A stretch of DNA of 63,692 nt, filler included, from Octopus bimaculoides (GCF_001194135.2; 5 parts of 5 records of this genome joined end to end with filler, not necessarily neighbours in it); one strand, 5' to 3'; shown: positions 37,931 through 52,395, counted from the first letter of the whole stretch. A program made the numbers and translations. Notes: generated by a model from the sequence alone, not told the origin.

Positions 37931-39704
37931 ATGCAGGGACAATTAACACATGATAGAATGGAACAATGAAATTAAACAATGATGATGGGGCGGCCGCGTT
38001 ATTTCAATTATTTCAATAGTTCTTAATAGTTCCTTTCACAGTCTTCGATAGTTCTTTTCAAAATTATCTCAATAATTTATCCAAAATAAAACTACTCACC
38101 ATTTTATATAATCTTTTTATTTCCTCGTAGTTCACCACTTGAGCGCTGGGTTCGAAATTCACCTCGGGCCCCAGTGGGTTTATATCTGTCGGGAAAGCCT
38201 CTTTTAATTTTTTATACTTTTCTTTTTCTATTAAAATCCATCTCGCCTCCTTATCGCAACGGTCCGAGAGGTCCACTTTGACAATGTCTTATTTTGGATA
38301 TCTTCTCTATTTTTTGTGTGTATCGATATGACATCAAATATATGCCGTTCCTATGTACCTCCTGCGTCTGTTTGTCTTTTCTTTTTTGTTTTTGTGATGC
38401 TGTACTACCATGCGTCTGTTCTATATTTCTTTGTGACTGTATATCTGTGNNNNNNNNNNNNNNNNNNNNNNNNNNNNNNNNNNNNNNNNNNNNTTAATTA
38501 ATTAANNNNNNNNNNNNNNNNNNNNNNNNNNNNNNNNNNNNNNNNNNNNATATATATATATATATATACATATGTACGCATGTATTTATGGTGGTGTGTG
38601 TGTGCACGCGTATGCATGTGTGTATACACATCCTGCATTCTTATCCGCAATAGAGACGAGTATGGACACTTCCATGTGGCGCACTTGAACAATTGTGAAG
38701 GTCATGTAATCCGAAACAATTGGTTGCCTTGTTCCACCATAAATAAAGTATATACATATATATACACACACATGTATATATGCATATATATATGCATGCA
38801 TATATATATATATATGGATGCAGATTTGAAAGTCTATGAAAATTACTTAATACAGTTTCTGATGTCTAGAGGTGATTTAAAAAAATCTTATAAAATCTAT
38901 TATGATGATGTTGCTAACCTTTTGTTGGGAAGTATTTTATCCTATTGTGCGAGCGTTTTCCTTTAACTTTTTCAAGCACGCAGCTTAAATCTGGCAACGC
39001 AACGTTCTTTCTTCGACGTTGAATAATTGATCAGGGGCCAAACCCCAACCAGCACAGAAGTTACAATGCCCTTCCTAGGCGCTTTTTCTAGGTTTTAGAC
39101 AAAGCACTCCTTCTCATCTAACATTATCTATTTCTCATTCTTTACCAAACCAAAACAACTGTATTCCAATCATTATTTTCAAGGCTAACCACTGGCTGAG
39201 TTTGGCTATTGCTCTCAACAACGCCCGCTTATCCTGATCTCTAATCATGTTTGTGTAAACTTAGAACAACCTCACTGTCTATGCAGTCTCTCTAGGTACT
39301 TAGCAGAGTATCTGGGCCTTTCATTTTTACACGTGCTACCTAACACCAGCTGTCTAATACTACTGACACGTCTGTTGTATGAATTTTACTCCACACCAAT
39401 GATGGTGCTTGCATGCGATCACTGAATGATTCTGTATCGGGGTTTTGTGAGGGATTTTCCTCGAGTTCTAAAGTGTATATATAAGTCTTGAAGTGCTTTT
39501 ATATGTCATAAAAAATCCATACAAGAACAGATAACCATGCAACGCATCTGGCAATTCTCTCCATCAATTCTGAAAGTCAACAAGTCGGTTTATTTTCTAT
39601 ACCCTCTGTTCCAGAGCTTCTCTGTTTGTTCAAATTCGTGTGTCAAGTCTTCTGGACATAATAAAATTACGAACTTCTGTTTAATATCCTTTCATCATCG
39701 CACC

Positions 39705-41020
39705 GCCAGTCAATGAAATATTTCTCTGATATTATCAGAAACTCAGAAAAGACTCCAAACTGGCTCAGATTAATGATAATATATCTACTCTCTAAAACAG
39801 TGACACAAAAATACCCAAACCTTCAGTCTAATCACACTTTTGATAAATATTTGAAAAATACTGACATTCATCCTGACCAAAATGATGTACCATTTTGTGG
39901 ATCAATGCAGCAGTCTTCCTTTTGAACAAAAAGAGTGCAAAAGAAACTCATGCAGTTTCCCAACAATTAATAAACCGTATAATACTCGGAAATTGCTCAT
40001 CGAAAAAAAGAAATGTTATCACAGCATTGATTGACTATCGTTAGGCGTTTCACAATGTCCTCCATAGTTGGGTCTTAAAGGCACTAAATAAATTGAAAAT
40101 TACTCCCTGAGTATGATGATAATGAAGACACACCACCCACTAAAGCAGCAAAACGTTTAAGACAAAAGCCAAACATGAACGCTTCAAGGAAATGAGGGAA
40201 CTCTAACAGAAAAAAAAAACATTGTATGAGAGAAACACATCAATTGCTAATTAGCATTGCTTTGAAAGCTGTAACAAAAGGATATATCGTAGCGGCACAA
40301 GGTCAAAGATTCCTCACCCGACCCGGAGGAACTATTAAGTGAATATCAGCACAATGGCGCAGACACAAAAAGTTGACTAAACGATGACAGTCGAAAGAAT
40401 TGACAACGTTGTTGCTCGAATCTCTGTCTTCGCCCCTATAGAATATAAAAAGAGGAGCGATTGAATTGGTCGATCCTGCAATGGAGCATATGCCGTCAGT
40501 ATAACTTCTCACACCCTACGAAATGGAATGAACACTATCCAGAGCTAGTCAATGATAGATAGAGAATTTTACAATTCTATGGGACATATATATATTTATA
40601 TATATAAAGAGAGAGAGAGAGAGAGAGAGNNNNNNNNNNAGAGAGAGAGAGAGAGAGAGAGAAAAGCAAATAAACGTTAACATGTGGGACACCGTCATCA
40701 AAGGCTTAACAAAAGAACATTCCTATTAATTGATTGATATCACGGTGCCTGGTAAGAAAAAGTATCCGAGGAAAAGAATTTGAAAAAAACTATAGTAAAA
40801 AAAAAAGCCGTTGAAATTGAGAACGTAAAATTAAACACTAAAACCATTCTTGTTCTGGTCTGGATGCCCCGGGAATGGTCAATTAAGGTACCAACTATTT
40901 GTTTAACCAGATACCATGGAAACCAGCAATCTTTGATGTTCAAAATTTTGTGCTGACATCAAGCGCTCACCCCCTCAAGAACTTTCCCTTTAATTTATAC
41001 GGGCCTTAGGTCTCTGGTTG
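39705..41020 (+). mobile_element. R4/Dong-like RLE LINE relic (RT domains, post-RT region, endonuclease) with internal deletions
   Basis: KTPNWL..YLLSK; KILTFILTKMMYHF..LPFEQKECKRNS; IDYR*AFHNVLHSWVLKAL; WSICRQYNFSHPTKWNEHYPE; LIDITVPG..QIPWKP..VQNFVL. Confidence 0.82.
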
Positions 41021-44000
41021 ATGAAATAAAATTGAGATCAAACGAATTATAATAATAATGATGATGATGATGATATTTTATATATTAGGTACAATAAATG
41101 ATAGTTTAAGTGTTATTAATATATCATTCCCAGATATACCTTGAAATAAAAATAGATATATTATGGGTTTGCAAATAAGGAATTACCCATCATATTAAGC
41201 GCATTAGAAATAATCACAAACCAGGTCAAATATGTAGACTAAGCTCCAGAAACTACTTGTGAGATAGAACTTCCAGGCACCGCACACAGATTAAATTTAA
41301 TACTAACGATAAATAACAAACCTGAACAGAAAACGAGAGAGCCCTGCTCCGAAGTACATGGAAAGCATGCAATATAAATAAGATTACAGAATAATAATAC
41401 TATATTTCTCAGTTCGTAACTTAATTTGTGAAAGTCGCTATTCCGTGAATTATTCTGACCCTGGAACTTTAGTGGATTTTAAGCTACAAATATCATGGCC
41501 GCATCAACAACGTCTAAGAATAAAAGAATATTTTTTCTCCCTCTTCTTTTTCATCTGAAACGACCCAGTTAAATAATGCTATAAAGGGTTCATGCCTACG
41601 GTAAATCTAACGCTTTCTGCGATTTAGATTGTCTTTTAATTCTGTAAAGCTCCGCAACGTATCTCTGACGAAGGATTTGCTAAGAGTCGAAAGAAGAAAG
41701 AATATGAATGAACATACAAGCAGGGCAATAAACTCCATTAAACGAATTGGTTAAGAAAACAAAGCTGAAATGTTGGTAATATATGACAATCTAATTAAAC
41801 TAAATGCTCGTTAAATATTTGAGGGAAAAATCGAATGAAAGTTATGCCTATAACTACGTTATTAAATCTACTGGAACCTGAATCGTGAATGACAATAGAG
41901 ATAAGCAATAGAGATAGAAACAACGATAACAAAAATGAAATATCAAAACGATTGACAAATGCGTATGAACAAACATCTCGCTAAGAAAAACTAAATGTAA
42001 GGAAAAGAAAGAAGTTAATATTTGGGTATTCTCTCTAAATTATTAAAAAAATGATCAATTTAATATATTTCTAAAATAGTTTTGATAGTTTTAGGTTCAT
42101 AAACAAAAAATTTCCATCCAAAAAATCTGATAATGATTTGTCGTATCAACTTAGTGCTTTGTACTTTCGATGTTCGAGCACTGTAAAATGAATTGACACA
42201 AGTATTGCCTGGTGTAGTATGGTGTACATGTATTACCGAGTACGGAATCTGGTGTCATCTTTTGTTTCGGAGGCTATACCAACCAGTGTTAAACACTTGC
42301 TTGTCGTACTCTTATGAAGAAAACAGAATGAGAATACTTTATTCACCTTAGGTTACTTAAAACGTGCATTTCGAAATTCTGCGAAGAAGCCTACAGGCTG
42401 CAGAAGTGACTGGAAGATATAGTAGACGGATGGTTATTATTATAATAACCAATATGAGGATCGTTAGAGTTAATACGTGTTTAATATTAATTTCTTATCG
42501 ATTAATATCATGTTACAATTAGTGACAAATACTAAATATTAATTCAATTCTTTAGACAAGAGATCTAATGCCCATGACTCTTTACAAGGCCACTGTGTGT
42601 GGTGTATTTGTGCGTACGTGGGTGTATGTGTGTGTGTGCTTGTGCGAGTGAGTGCATAGCAAGACAAATTTTTTTTTAACACAATACTGTGGTTCAAATG
42701 CTTGGAACAGAATTAACTAAAAAACCTATAAATCTAGACTGTGCTGCTATGCTTGATCAGTGATTCCCTATACCAACTAAAGTAGGCACAGCTGAATTGG
42801 AACTCACAATGCTAAAAGCCGGAAACGGGTGTGTAGAGATTAGGAATGTATATCGCAGAGCTTCATACACCACACTCTAACGGTTCTCGCAATAGCCATC
42901 TACTCAGTCAGTACACAACCTATACACGATCCAGATTTGCGACATGAGTAGCGTGGATTATACTGACTAAAGCGTTTGAATGTAATCGATTTTAATAACA
43001 TCGAAATATAAAACTCAAAAATATACGGCAATGTTAGACCACATAAATATAAAACTAGAAAAATATAAAGCGAACATGGAAGTATGAAACTGAATACCAA
43101 CCATGGTGGGATAAATACAGGAAGAAATTTAATCCAAGACGCAAACTAAGATTCCTACAAGCGAATGAGGAAGCTGCTACGCCATGCCTCAACGAGGCAG
43201 AAATAGTCTACTTACTTTCAAAGAACATTTCCTTCCGAGGCAAAAGAAGAAAACGGATATAAGATACTGTAATCCGTGGAGCACAGCAAGCAAAAACAAT
43301 ATGTGTTTGTGTGTGTGTGTGTGTGTGTGTTTATCAGTATAGCGCCAATGCCCATATATCAATCTGCTACAGAAGGGTTGAAGCAGGTCTAAACAACAAC
43401 ATCCACAAAAGCAAAAAAATAAACAAAATCATTGTCAACAGCGGTCCTCCACCGTTTTACGGTTATGTAAATAATAAACTATGACTTCTTACAATTATGT
43501 GTATTTTCAGCGTTTAGGTCTTTGAATAGGCAGCAGTGTGGATGCAACACGGTACCGTGTTTCGACAAAATGCATTCTGTTTTAGTGAAACGGCGCAGTG
43601 AGTGAAGACAGAAGAAACCAATCTAGGTATGTATGAAGATGTCTGGGAGATGTAACAGCCGAAACGCTATGACAATAACCAACATAAGACATAAATACGT
43701 ACTCAATAATGTTTCTTATCGCTTAATTTCCTGCTACAATTAGTGACAGATAATTATTTTTTATCCTTTTAAGTGACGAAAATATACGTAGAAATATAAC
43801 ATTACTATATCGAAAAAGAATGTAGCTGATGAGAAATTGCATAAAACAAAATTTCAAATTGTATTATCAATAGACGATTTGATCTAGCATACGTACGCTA
43901 CAATGTTAAGCATTTGTATCGTTTAACTATATTCATATCGACATAATATAATATGTAATCGCTTCTTGGCTGAGAGTGATACATTAACAAATGGGATGTA

Positions 44001-44503
44001 TATGTATTCGCTGGTATGGAAAATATGATCATATGTATACCAGCTGCATCCTGGTATATCGTTTTGGTTTCGATATTAAAGAATTACTATTACAGACAGC
44101 TTTTCGGAAATGTAATGCAGATAGATACCATCTTTAATGTGACTTCAAAATTCTTGATAATATGACTATTGACATCGACAGAAATAAGCATTAATCCTTT
44201 GATAAGTCCACCTGACGAGGGAGTTTCTCGTCAGTTGAATGTATCTGTGGATGAGATACTGGAACTGTTTCATCCTAATGCGTTTTATGCTTAGTATCTC
44301 AATCCGTTAATGGATCCTCTGACTAGAAAACACGAAAATGATTCTCTTCTTTGAAGCAGTATAATGCAGAATTATGTCGATACCTTTTTACAGTTTAACG
44401 TAATACGAAGAAGATATGAGAGGAATTGCAATGCGATATCAACAGATACATTTTGAGTAATACAAAAATCAATTCCTTGTCATATATATATATGTGTGTG
44501 TAT

Positions 44504-44589
<86 letters not shown>

Positions 44590-45194
44590 TCAGAAACGAA
44601 GAGTAGAATATACTTAGAAGTGTATGTTATGTGAGAAAGCAATAGAAAGATTCAGAGCACTGATATATACAATAAGTGGACGAAAGAGAAATGCATAATA
44701 TTCATGAAGTTACTACTTCCCAGTTAGATCTGATAAAGAGGAAATGAAAGAAAGTAAACGAAATGCACAGAAACGAAGTAGAAAGCAAGAAAATAAAGAA
44801 GAAAATTAAGTGAATCAGGAGAATGATATAACTGATCAATGTGTGTGTAAGGGTTGATCGAAGAGAAAATCAAAATATGGACATACGTAGAGAAAGAGAA
44901 TTACGAAAAAACACAAAAAAAAAATAATGTATTGGAAAAATGAAAAGAAATGGGGATTGAGTTTCTAAACAGTGATGTCAGAAAAATGTCTCCGCGTTGT
45001 TGAACCGTAAGATGTTATCAGGGAAACACAGATTTTACAGAATGAAAGCACAAGTGAATTTTCTGTGACCCTGGCAATAAAGTCACTGGAAATTCGTTTA
45101 AGTGCTGCGAAATAGTTGTAGTAGCAAGTGTACATAAATATCTCACGCAATCGAGCATTCACATACAAAGACATGAATGGCTATCTCTTTATCC

Positions 45195-45225
<31 letters not shown>

Positions 45226-45229
45226 GATC

Positions 45230-45272
<43 letters not shown>

Positions 45273-45288
45273 GAGACCNNNNNNNNNN

Positions 45289-45360
45289 CGGGCCGGGCAA
45301 AGCCTTGTGAGTGAATTTGTGGATTTAGTAGACAGAAACTGTAAAAAGCACGTCGTACAT
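45289..45360 (+). mobile_element. SINE family B, core fragment after gap
   Basis: cgggccgggcaaagccttgtgagtgaatttg..gtagacagaaactg..cgtcgtacatac. Confidence 0.8.
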
Positions 45361-45946
45361 ACATACATACATACATACATACTGCGTATAAATATATGCA
45401 TTCATACAGGTTTATAGCCATACATAGAGCCGCGTTGTTAAAGTATATATATACGCATGTATCTCGCCTTCACAGTTATGTACCTGTCTCCCACTCTTTC
45501 TCTTTTTCTTTGTCATTGCTCAGACGTGACCATCTTTCTTTTCCTTTAGGATTGGACGTCTTCTCTCTCTCTCTTTTCTATCTTTTCTCTTTTCAAAGAA
45601 AAATTTTCTCCACAGTTCGCTATTTTACCCTCGTTCTGGTTTAATGACCTTTCATGTTTGTTTTCGTTCGGTTTCCTTGATGTCTCCATTGTCCTGCTTT
45701 AGTTCCCAACGTTGACCCTCTATAAATCCAAAATTTGATTTTGGTATTTATGGGAGCAACTGTCTTCCAAAACTCACATTGTCGTTGATTGCCCGAAATG
45801 AGGAGTAGATAGACTGCCAACAACTGATGAAGGGTCGTTCTTTGCGTTACTTGTCTTATTTTCCAATTTTTCTCTCGTTGTTTGCGTACTTAATTCGTTT
45901 TCGTGTCTCATGCTGTTTACTTTTGGTGACGTCTTGTACCCATATA

Positions 45947-45982
<36 letters not shown>

Positions 45983-46174
45983 NNNNNNNNNNNNNNNNNN
46001 NNNNNNNNNNNNNNNNNNNNNNNNNNNNNNNNNNNNNNNNNNNNNNNNNNNNNNNNNNNNNNNNNNNNNNNNNNNNNNNNNNNNNNNNNNNNNNNNNNNN
46101 NNNNNNNNNNNNNNNNNNNNNNNNNNNNNNNNNNNNNNNNNNNNNNNNNNNNNNNNNNNNNNNNNNNNNNNNNN

Positions 46175-46211
<37 letters not shown>

Positions 46212-46908
46212 CGTGTACGGGTGTGTGTGCGCGTGCGTGTATGTGTTTATATAAATATATATATGCATGTGTGTGTATATATGTACATAGGTATATGTAT
46301 TTACGCACATACACATACATATATATATATATAGATATACATACGCACGAATACATACACATACACACAAACACACACATGTATATGTATATATTATTAT
46401 TTGTGTAGGGAGAGAGAACGAGGGAGAAAGAGATAAGTAGACAGCTAGATAGAATTGTAGACCAGAAGATATGCATATACATATATATTGATGCAACAGA
46501 TACTCTTTTTGCGCTGGGAGTTATAATGTTGTTCCGTCTCCATCCTTAAACATTGTAGTCAGTCATTAGGAAAAAGTCTCAGCGCATTTCACCGAAACAA
46601 TTGCAGTTGCTATGCTGGTATGGAATTTTCTGTCTAACATGATTGACATTGAGTTTCAGTCATTCGGTTTGGTGATGAGTATTTGGCAGTAGCTGTCTTC
46701 GATTATCGAGCTGCAATAATAAAAGTAAACATAATCTCATAAACGTTCACTAAACATATTTGAACAAACACACACTCCCCCATACACGCACGTGGGAATA
46801 TATATATATATTTTTTTTCCAGTAAATTTTGTAATCGTTACCAATATAGCATAAGACTTCACCCCAAAGGATCATTGATTAGATTCCTTAAGGATCGTTC
46901 TCATTGTT

Positions 46909-47050
46909 TATATATCCAAGGTTTCAAATTTGTATATTTAAAAAGGATGGAGATTTTCAACACGATCGATTTTTATTCCAAAATAAATGGAATAAAAATC
47001 GATCGTGTTGAAAATCTCTATCCTTTTTAAATATACAAATTTGAAACCTT

Positions 47051-47059
<9 letters not shown>
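46909..47059. repeat. 151-bp near-perfect palindrome embedded in (TA)n
   Basis: 72-bp arms (tatatatccaaggtttc...ttttattcca and tggaataaaa...gaaaccttggatatata) with one mismatch around the loop aaataaa. Confidence 0.97.
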
Positions 47060-47093
<34 letters not shown>

Positions 47094-47189
47094 NNNNNNN
47101 NNNNNNNNNNNNNNNNNNNNNNNNNNNNNNNNNNNNATATATATACCAACACACACACATATACGTATATATATATAGAAGTGTGTGTG

Positions 47190-47470
47190 TGTTAAATAAA
47201 ATGAGACACGAAAGCCAAGGCAGTGTGGAATGTACAAGACATTTATGAAGACAAAGGTTTTCCTACAGCTGTTCCTGCGATATTAGGGATATCCCTTCAT
47301 GAGAGATGATATGAGAGAGTTAACTAGAGGGAAATAGTAGGGTTCAATATACGGTGTTATTTTGGAAAAAGGATGGATATGGGAAGTATAAAGAGAAATA
47401 AGAGAATAAAAATATATGTAGGGTGTTACAGCTGCAGTTCCATTATCCAAGGAAAGCACTTTCCATAAAC
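47190..47470 (-). mobile_element. Probable Penelope-like pseudo-LTR remnant with decayed hammerhead
   Basis: Minus strand CTCATGA-agggatat-ccct-aatatcgc-aGGAAC-agct-GTA at 47261-47306; a second acagctg at about 47437. Confidence 0.45.
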
Positions 47471-47502
47471 AATGATTTGAACCTATATTAAACTACAAAT
47501 TT

Positions 47503-47539
<37 letters not shown>

Positions 47540-47559
47540 CGCGCGCGCGTATGTTCAGG

Positions 47560-48330
47560 TAATTCGTTCTAAACTCGACAGTTTGTATAAAAGGAAACTA
47601 AAGCACAATATCCCGTCTCAGAGTTAATTGTATTAAAAAAAAAAATTAATTAAAATTTACTATTTAGATTATATTTGGCACATTAAAATATGGTCAAAGT
47701 AGCCGCACTCAGCCTCCCACACAGCCTCATCACAACTTCGGAATCTCTGTGCGTGTCTTTCGTATTGTGTCGCTGGGAAACACCACGAACACCTTGATTT
47801 TGGCCATCAGCTTATACCTAGTGTTGCAGGCAGAGCGGTTGGTGGCGTTCTCAACTGCACCCTACACATAGTAAACCAAGTAATTAAAATGTGGTAATTA
47901 GTAGGCCGGAAATTGAGACTAGTAAATTTATAGAAATTGTACGAGAAACATTTCGTGCGGTTACTGGAGATACGGCAAGAGTCACAGCCTGGTGCCACAC
48001 GTATAGCCTCCCAGCAGGAACACCTTTATTCAGATTTCCCTACAGTCTCTAACAGCTTCACATAGACATTCGAATTGAGTTTAAGGCCTGGTGGAAAGGT
48101 TGGCGGTGGGTTGAACCCTGGAGTGTGGAGGCAGTCAAAACGCTTGCTGGCCACGACTTCGTAGTATCTTTCGCAGCTGTCCATATTATGCCTTACTATC
48201 TTTATAGTGTTCACAGAGCACCGAGCAAAAGGCATGGTGCCAGACTTTTGATACCTAGCGTGAGACATCATGATACACAAACCTCATTTCCAATATAACC
48301 TGACTTCTCGATGTGAAGTATCTTTATCTC
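47560..48330 (-). mobile_element. Tc1/mariner relic of maT (DD37D)-like type, internally deleted
   Basis: PPGLKLNSNVYVKLLETV, GRLYVWHQ, NFYKFTSLNFRP, and YYV*GAVENATNRSACNT..KLMAKIK in shifting frames. Confidence 0.78.
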
Positions 48331-49360
48331 AACTACAACTTTAAACGTTGACTGTTAACTAACACATTAACATGTTCCTGAAATAAAAAGGAAACAAAAC
48401 ACCTTGAAATTTATCTCTCTCACGCTGTATGTTTGTGTATGTGTGTGTGTGTCTGCGTGTACGTGTGCATGTATGTAATTTTGCACGTATGTATGTACAC
48501 AGCTAGGATAAGTTAATATAAATATTTTAAACAGGGTGAGTGAAAATTTGGAATCCGAGAAGAGAATGTATATTAATTTAAATAATAGATGTTTAAAGAC
48601 TTCGCTTAATAGAATTAATAGTCTTTTATATGCAGCGTTCAAAGAAAATATAATGGTGTAATGGATTAAGTGCGTGACATTTTAGACAACAACAGAACCG
48701 GTATCAAAAGCTGATTGTTTCTGTAATTCACTCATCAAAACCCGCTATTTCAGAGGTCACCTTCTGATGGCACGTAACATAATTATCGGTATATACGACG
48801 CATATAAATGGATCAATAGAAGGAAAGAAATGAAAGGTGACTCAGTGAAATTCATTAGTTGTTAGATATCGTAGAATGTGCTCCATAGAAGATATGGAGC
48901 ATGACAGAAAGCTTTGAATAATGTAGCTGCAACTGACATATTAATGGTAGGGTCTATACGGTATCAGTTTATTACAATACTTAGTTCCCTGGATTATGTT
49001 AGCAAATGTCATTATGCTGCAGATTCTTAGACCACGCCTTTTTACCTTATTCTTTCATGAATACATTGCAGATCTTCAGATTGTGTATCAGCCTGGCTAG
49101 TCTTACGGATCTTGGTGCATTTTGAAATGCAGTGCACATACCCAGTCATTTATAACTGAAGCAAATTACGTCTTTAACACTTTTGCTGAGTCAAATGTAA
49201 TAAAAATACATTGTAGGTAATTAAAGAGAAACAAACTATGATACAAAAGCAAGCGTGTAATCTCAACTCACAGCGAAATCAACGTAAATTGAGAGAGTTA
49301 GCTAGATAGGAACACCTACCTCAGCATTTTTGTGAGTCTTTGCAACACAAAACTGCAAAC

Positions 49361-49555
49361 TCCGAGGGGATGCTGAAAATACAGGGTGATAAATTAATTA
49401 TGATTTTATTCAGCATATTCCCCTCTAAGATGTACATACTGATTGCAGCAGTTCTTCGGTTTTTCCAAGCCCTGTAAAAGAACTGGAATGCTAGGTCTCC
49501 AAAAAGGCCTTTCGTGATACTCTTAAAGCAGAGGACTTTTCAGTACCCCATCGTA
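49361..49555. mobile_element. Mariner-type MITE, about 195 bp
   Basis: TIRs tccgaggggatgctgaaaa and ttttcagtaccccatcgta; the interior ttattcagcatattcccctc parallels mariner subterminal sequence (compare 5430-5460). Confidence 0.75.
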
Positions 49556-50534
49556 AAAAAAGAAAATTAAGTCAGTCATGGAACCAGATAACATTGTACG
49601 AGAGTCTTAGATTACTACTCCTTGAAACCTTTTAGCAACTCAGTAAATTATATATTTCAGTTATTTTCAAACACTTATTTGGCAGCATGCAGAATTTGTT
49701 GGTTAAAATACCCTGTGATTGAAAAAAATCAGATGTTTCCACTACTACGGGCAGTACAGTATGAAGATTGTTGTATTTCTATTGTCAAACATGAACTTCG
49801 CCACTATTAACAGCAGCATCTGTTTTAATTACTTTCAGCGTAGGCAATTTTCGTGCCAATATACAAGCCACTCTGTAATCTCTATACAACCTAAAGACCT
49901 GAATAAGTTACTCGTCTCATAATCTTCAAAAATGAAAGGCAAAATGAAAAATTGGATTGGATGGAACACATTAGGGGTCTTAAAAGCCAATTTGAAATGA
50001 AATACAAAGACGGAAATTGTAGATAGTCAAATTCGAAGATGAAGAAATTTGACTATTTATTGCATGACATTCAATGTGAGGTTCTGCTGGTTATGCTGAA
50101 AGCAAATGTGGTGTCACAGTTTAATAGAGTGGTTGAAATGTTTTGCTTCCGGGCGTTTGTCTCTTCTGTAAATTGTGTATAAATATTTTCCGAGTTATAT
50201 GTACTTCTCGATTGATAATAACTGGAACACAATATTTTTCTAAACGATGTTAGCTTTCTCTGAAATTAAGAAAAAAAATCGAAAAAGAAAGAAAACGAGA
50301 GCAACAACAACTGCAAAGTAACCCACCAAAACAACAATAATAATGCCAATAAATGTAACGATAGTAATAAAAATATTAGCACTTATGATAAAGTATATTG
50401 AAAAGTACAGTTGGCATATATATATATATATATANNNNNNNNNNNNNNNNNNNNNNNNNNNNNNNNNNNNNNNNNNNNTTAATTAATTAANNNNNNNNNN
50501 NNNNNNNNNNNNNNNNNNNNNNNNNNNNNNNNNN

Positions 50535-50599
<65 letters not shown>

Positions 50600-51387
50600 A
50601 TATGATATATAAATATCATGAAATTCAAACTATTGGGAAAAATAAATAATACACAATGGTGCAGTATTGATAAAGACGTTCTCCGAATGATCCAAATAAA
50701 CAAGAAATTTACTAGTCTTTATTGTCGTCTGTTTTGTAAGATACTTCAACTTTCTCAGTTTTGAGTTATAATGCCCGCCATTTTAAAATACCGAAAACTT
50801 AAAAGATGATATTATTGACAGATCGATTTTGATTTGTTTCTCGTTTTAGACCGATTTTACCTTTCATCTTTGTCTTGCGAAATAGAAAATAAAAACAACA
50901 ACACAAGCATCAATTATTTTGGACAAATATTTCATATAATTGCATATGTGTGTATAAAATTGTATGCATGTATGTACGTATGTATATATGCGAGTATGCA
51001 TGTATGTATGATCGTTGGTTTGTTGGATGGCTGGGGTGTATAGATAGAGGTATGTATGCATGAATGTGTGTGTAAATGTAAGTGAAAATGTATGTGTGAA
51101 TATATAAATATATGCATATATACATCGGTACGAATTATGAGTGCGTATGTGTAAATGCGTCTGTATTTACATATGTAACTATATATATGTATTTTTATAT
51201 GTAGCTGTGTATGTATGTGTGAGTGTGTATGTATGTGTACGTGTGTGCGCATGTATTTGTCTGTTTTAGTATATGTTTGCATGTATTTGTCTATATATGT
51301 ATGTATACCTTCATGTATTTTTTCAAATGAAAATTTCAATTCTCAAGGACGATAAACATGGGTCCCCCTCTCTTACTTCCACCACCT

Positions 51388-51440
<53 letters not shown>

Positions 51441-52162
51441 GTTCTCTAGGTGTCTATTTTTGCATATATATANNNNNNNNNNNNNNNNNNNNNNNNNNNN
51501 NNNNNNNNNNNNNNNNNNNNNNNNNNNNNNNNNNNNNNNNNNNNNNNNNNNNNNNNNNNNNNNNNNNNNNNNNNNNNNNNNNNNNNNNNNNNNNNNNNNN
51601 NNNNNNNNNNNNNNNNNNNNNNNNNNNNNNNNNNNNNNNNNNNNNNNNNNNNNNNNNNNNNNNNNNNNNNNNNNNNNNNNNNNNNNNNNNNNNNNNNNNN
51701 NNNNNNNNNNNNNNNNNNNNNNNNNNNNNNNNNNNNNNNNNNNNNNNNNNNNNNNNNNNNNNNNNNNNNNNNNNNNNNNNNNNNNNNNNNNNNNNNNNNN
51801 NNNNNNNNNNNNNNNNNNNNNNNNNNNNNNNNNNNNNNNNNNNNNNNNNNNNNNNNNNNNNNNNNNNNNNNNNNNNNNNNNNNNNNNNNNNNNNNNNNNN
51901 NNNNNNNNNNNNNNNNNNNNNNNNNNNNNNNNNNNNNNNNNNNNNNNNNNNNNNNNNNNNNNNNNNNNNNNNNNNNNNNNNNNNNNNNNNNNNNNNNNNN
52001 NNNNNNNNNNNNNNNNNNNNNNNNNNNNNNNNNNNNNNNNNNNNNNNNNNNNNNNNNNNNNNNNNNNNNNNNNNNNNNNNNNNNNNNNNNNNNNNNNNNN
52101 NNNNNNNNNNNNNNNNNNNNNNNNNNNNNNNNNNNNNNNNNNNNNNNNNNNNNNNNNNNNNN

Positions 52163-52215
<53 letters not shown>

Positions 52216-52364
52216 AATCGGTGTAGGACGAGAGTGTGAATCCCATGCAAAATAAGTGAAAATAGTTTTTGTATTGACTGTGAACCATATCAAGTGATTT
52301 CGCACTCACTGTCTAATTCTGATGCTGTGTGTTTACCTGCTGGAAAACACACACACACATACAC

Positions 52365-52395
<31 letters not shown>

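Noticed and set aside
41650-41850. Possible RTE C-terminal remnant (LRVERRKNMNEH..FEGKIE)
   Set aside because: The similarity is too weak to support without alignment tools.
43540-43680. Hammerhead-like pieces (atgaaga...cagccgaaacgctatgac on +; palindrome acacggtaccgtgt after gaaa on -)
   Set aside because: The plus-strand motif lacks C3 and U16.1, and the minus-strand motif has no CTGANGA; too decayed to call.
44214-44236. Small hairpin ctgacgag-ggagttt-ctcgtcag
   Set aside because: The 8-bp stem is isolated, there is no GAAA core, and it is compatible with chance.
45824-45860. ctgatgaaggg inside a probable repeat remnant
   Set aside because: No downstream stem II closure or GAAA.
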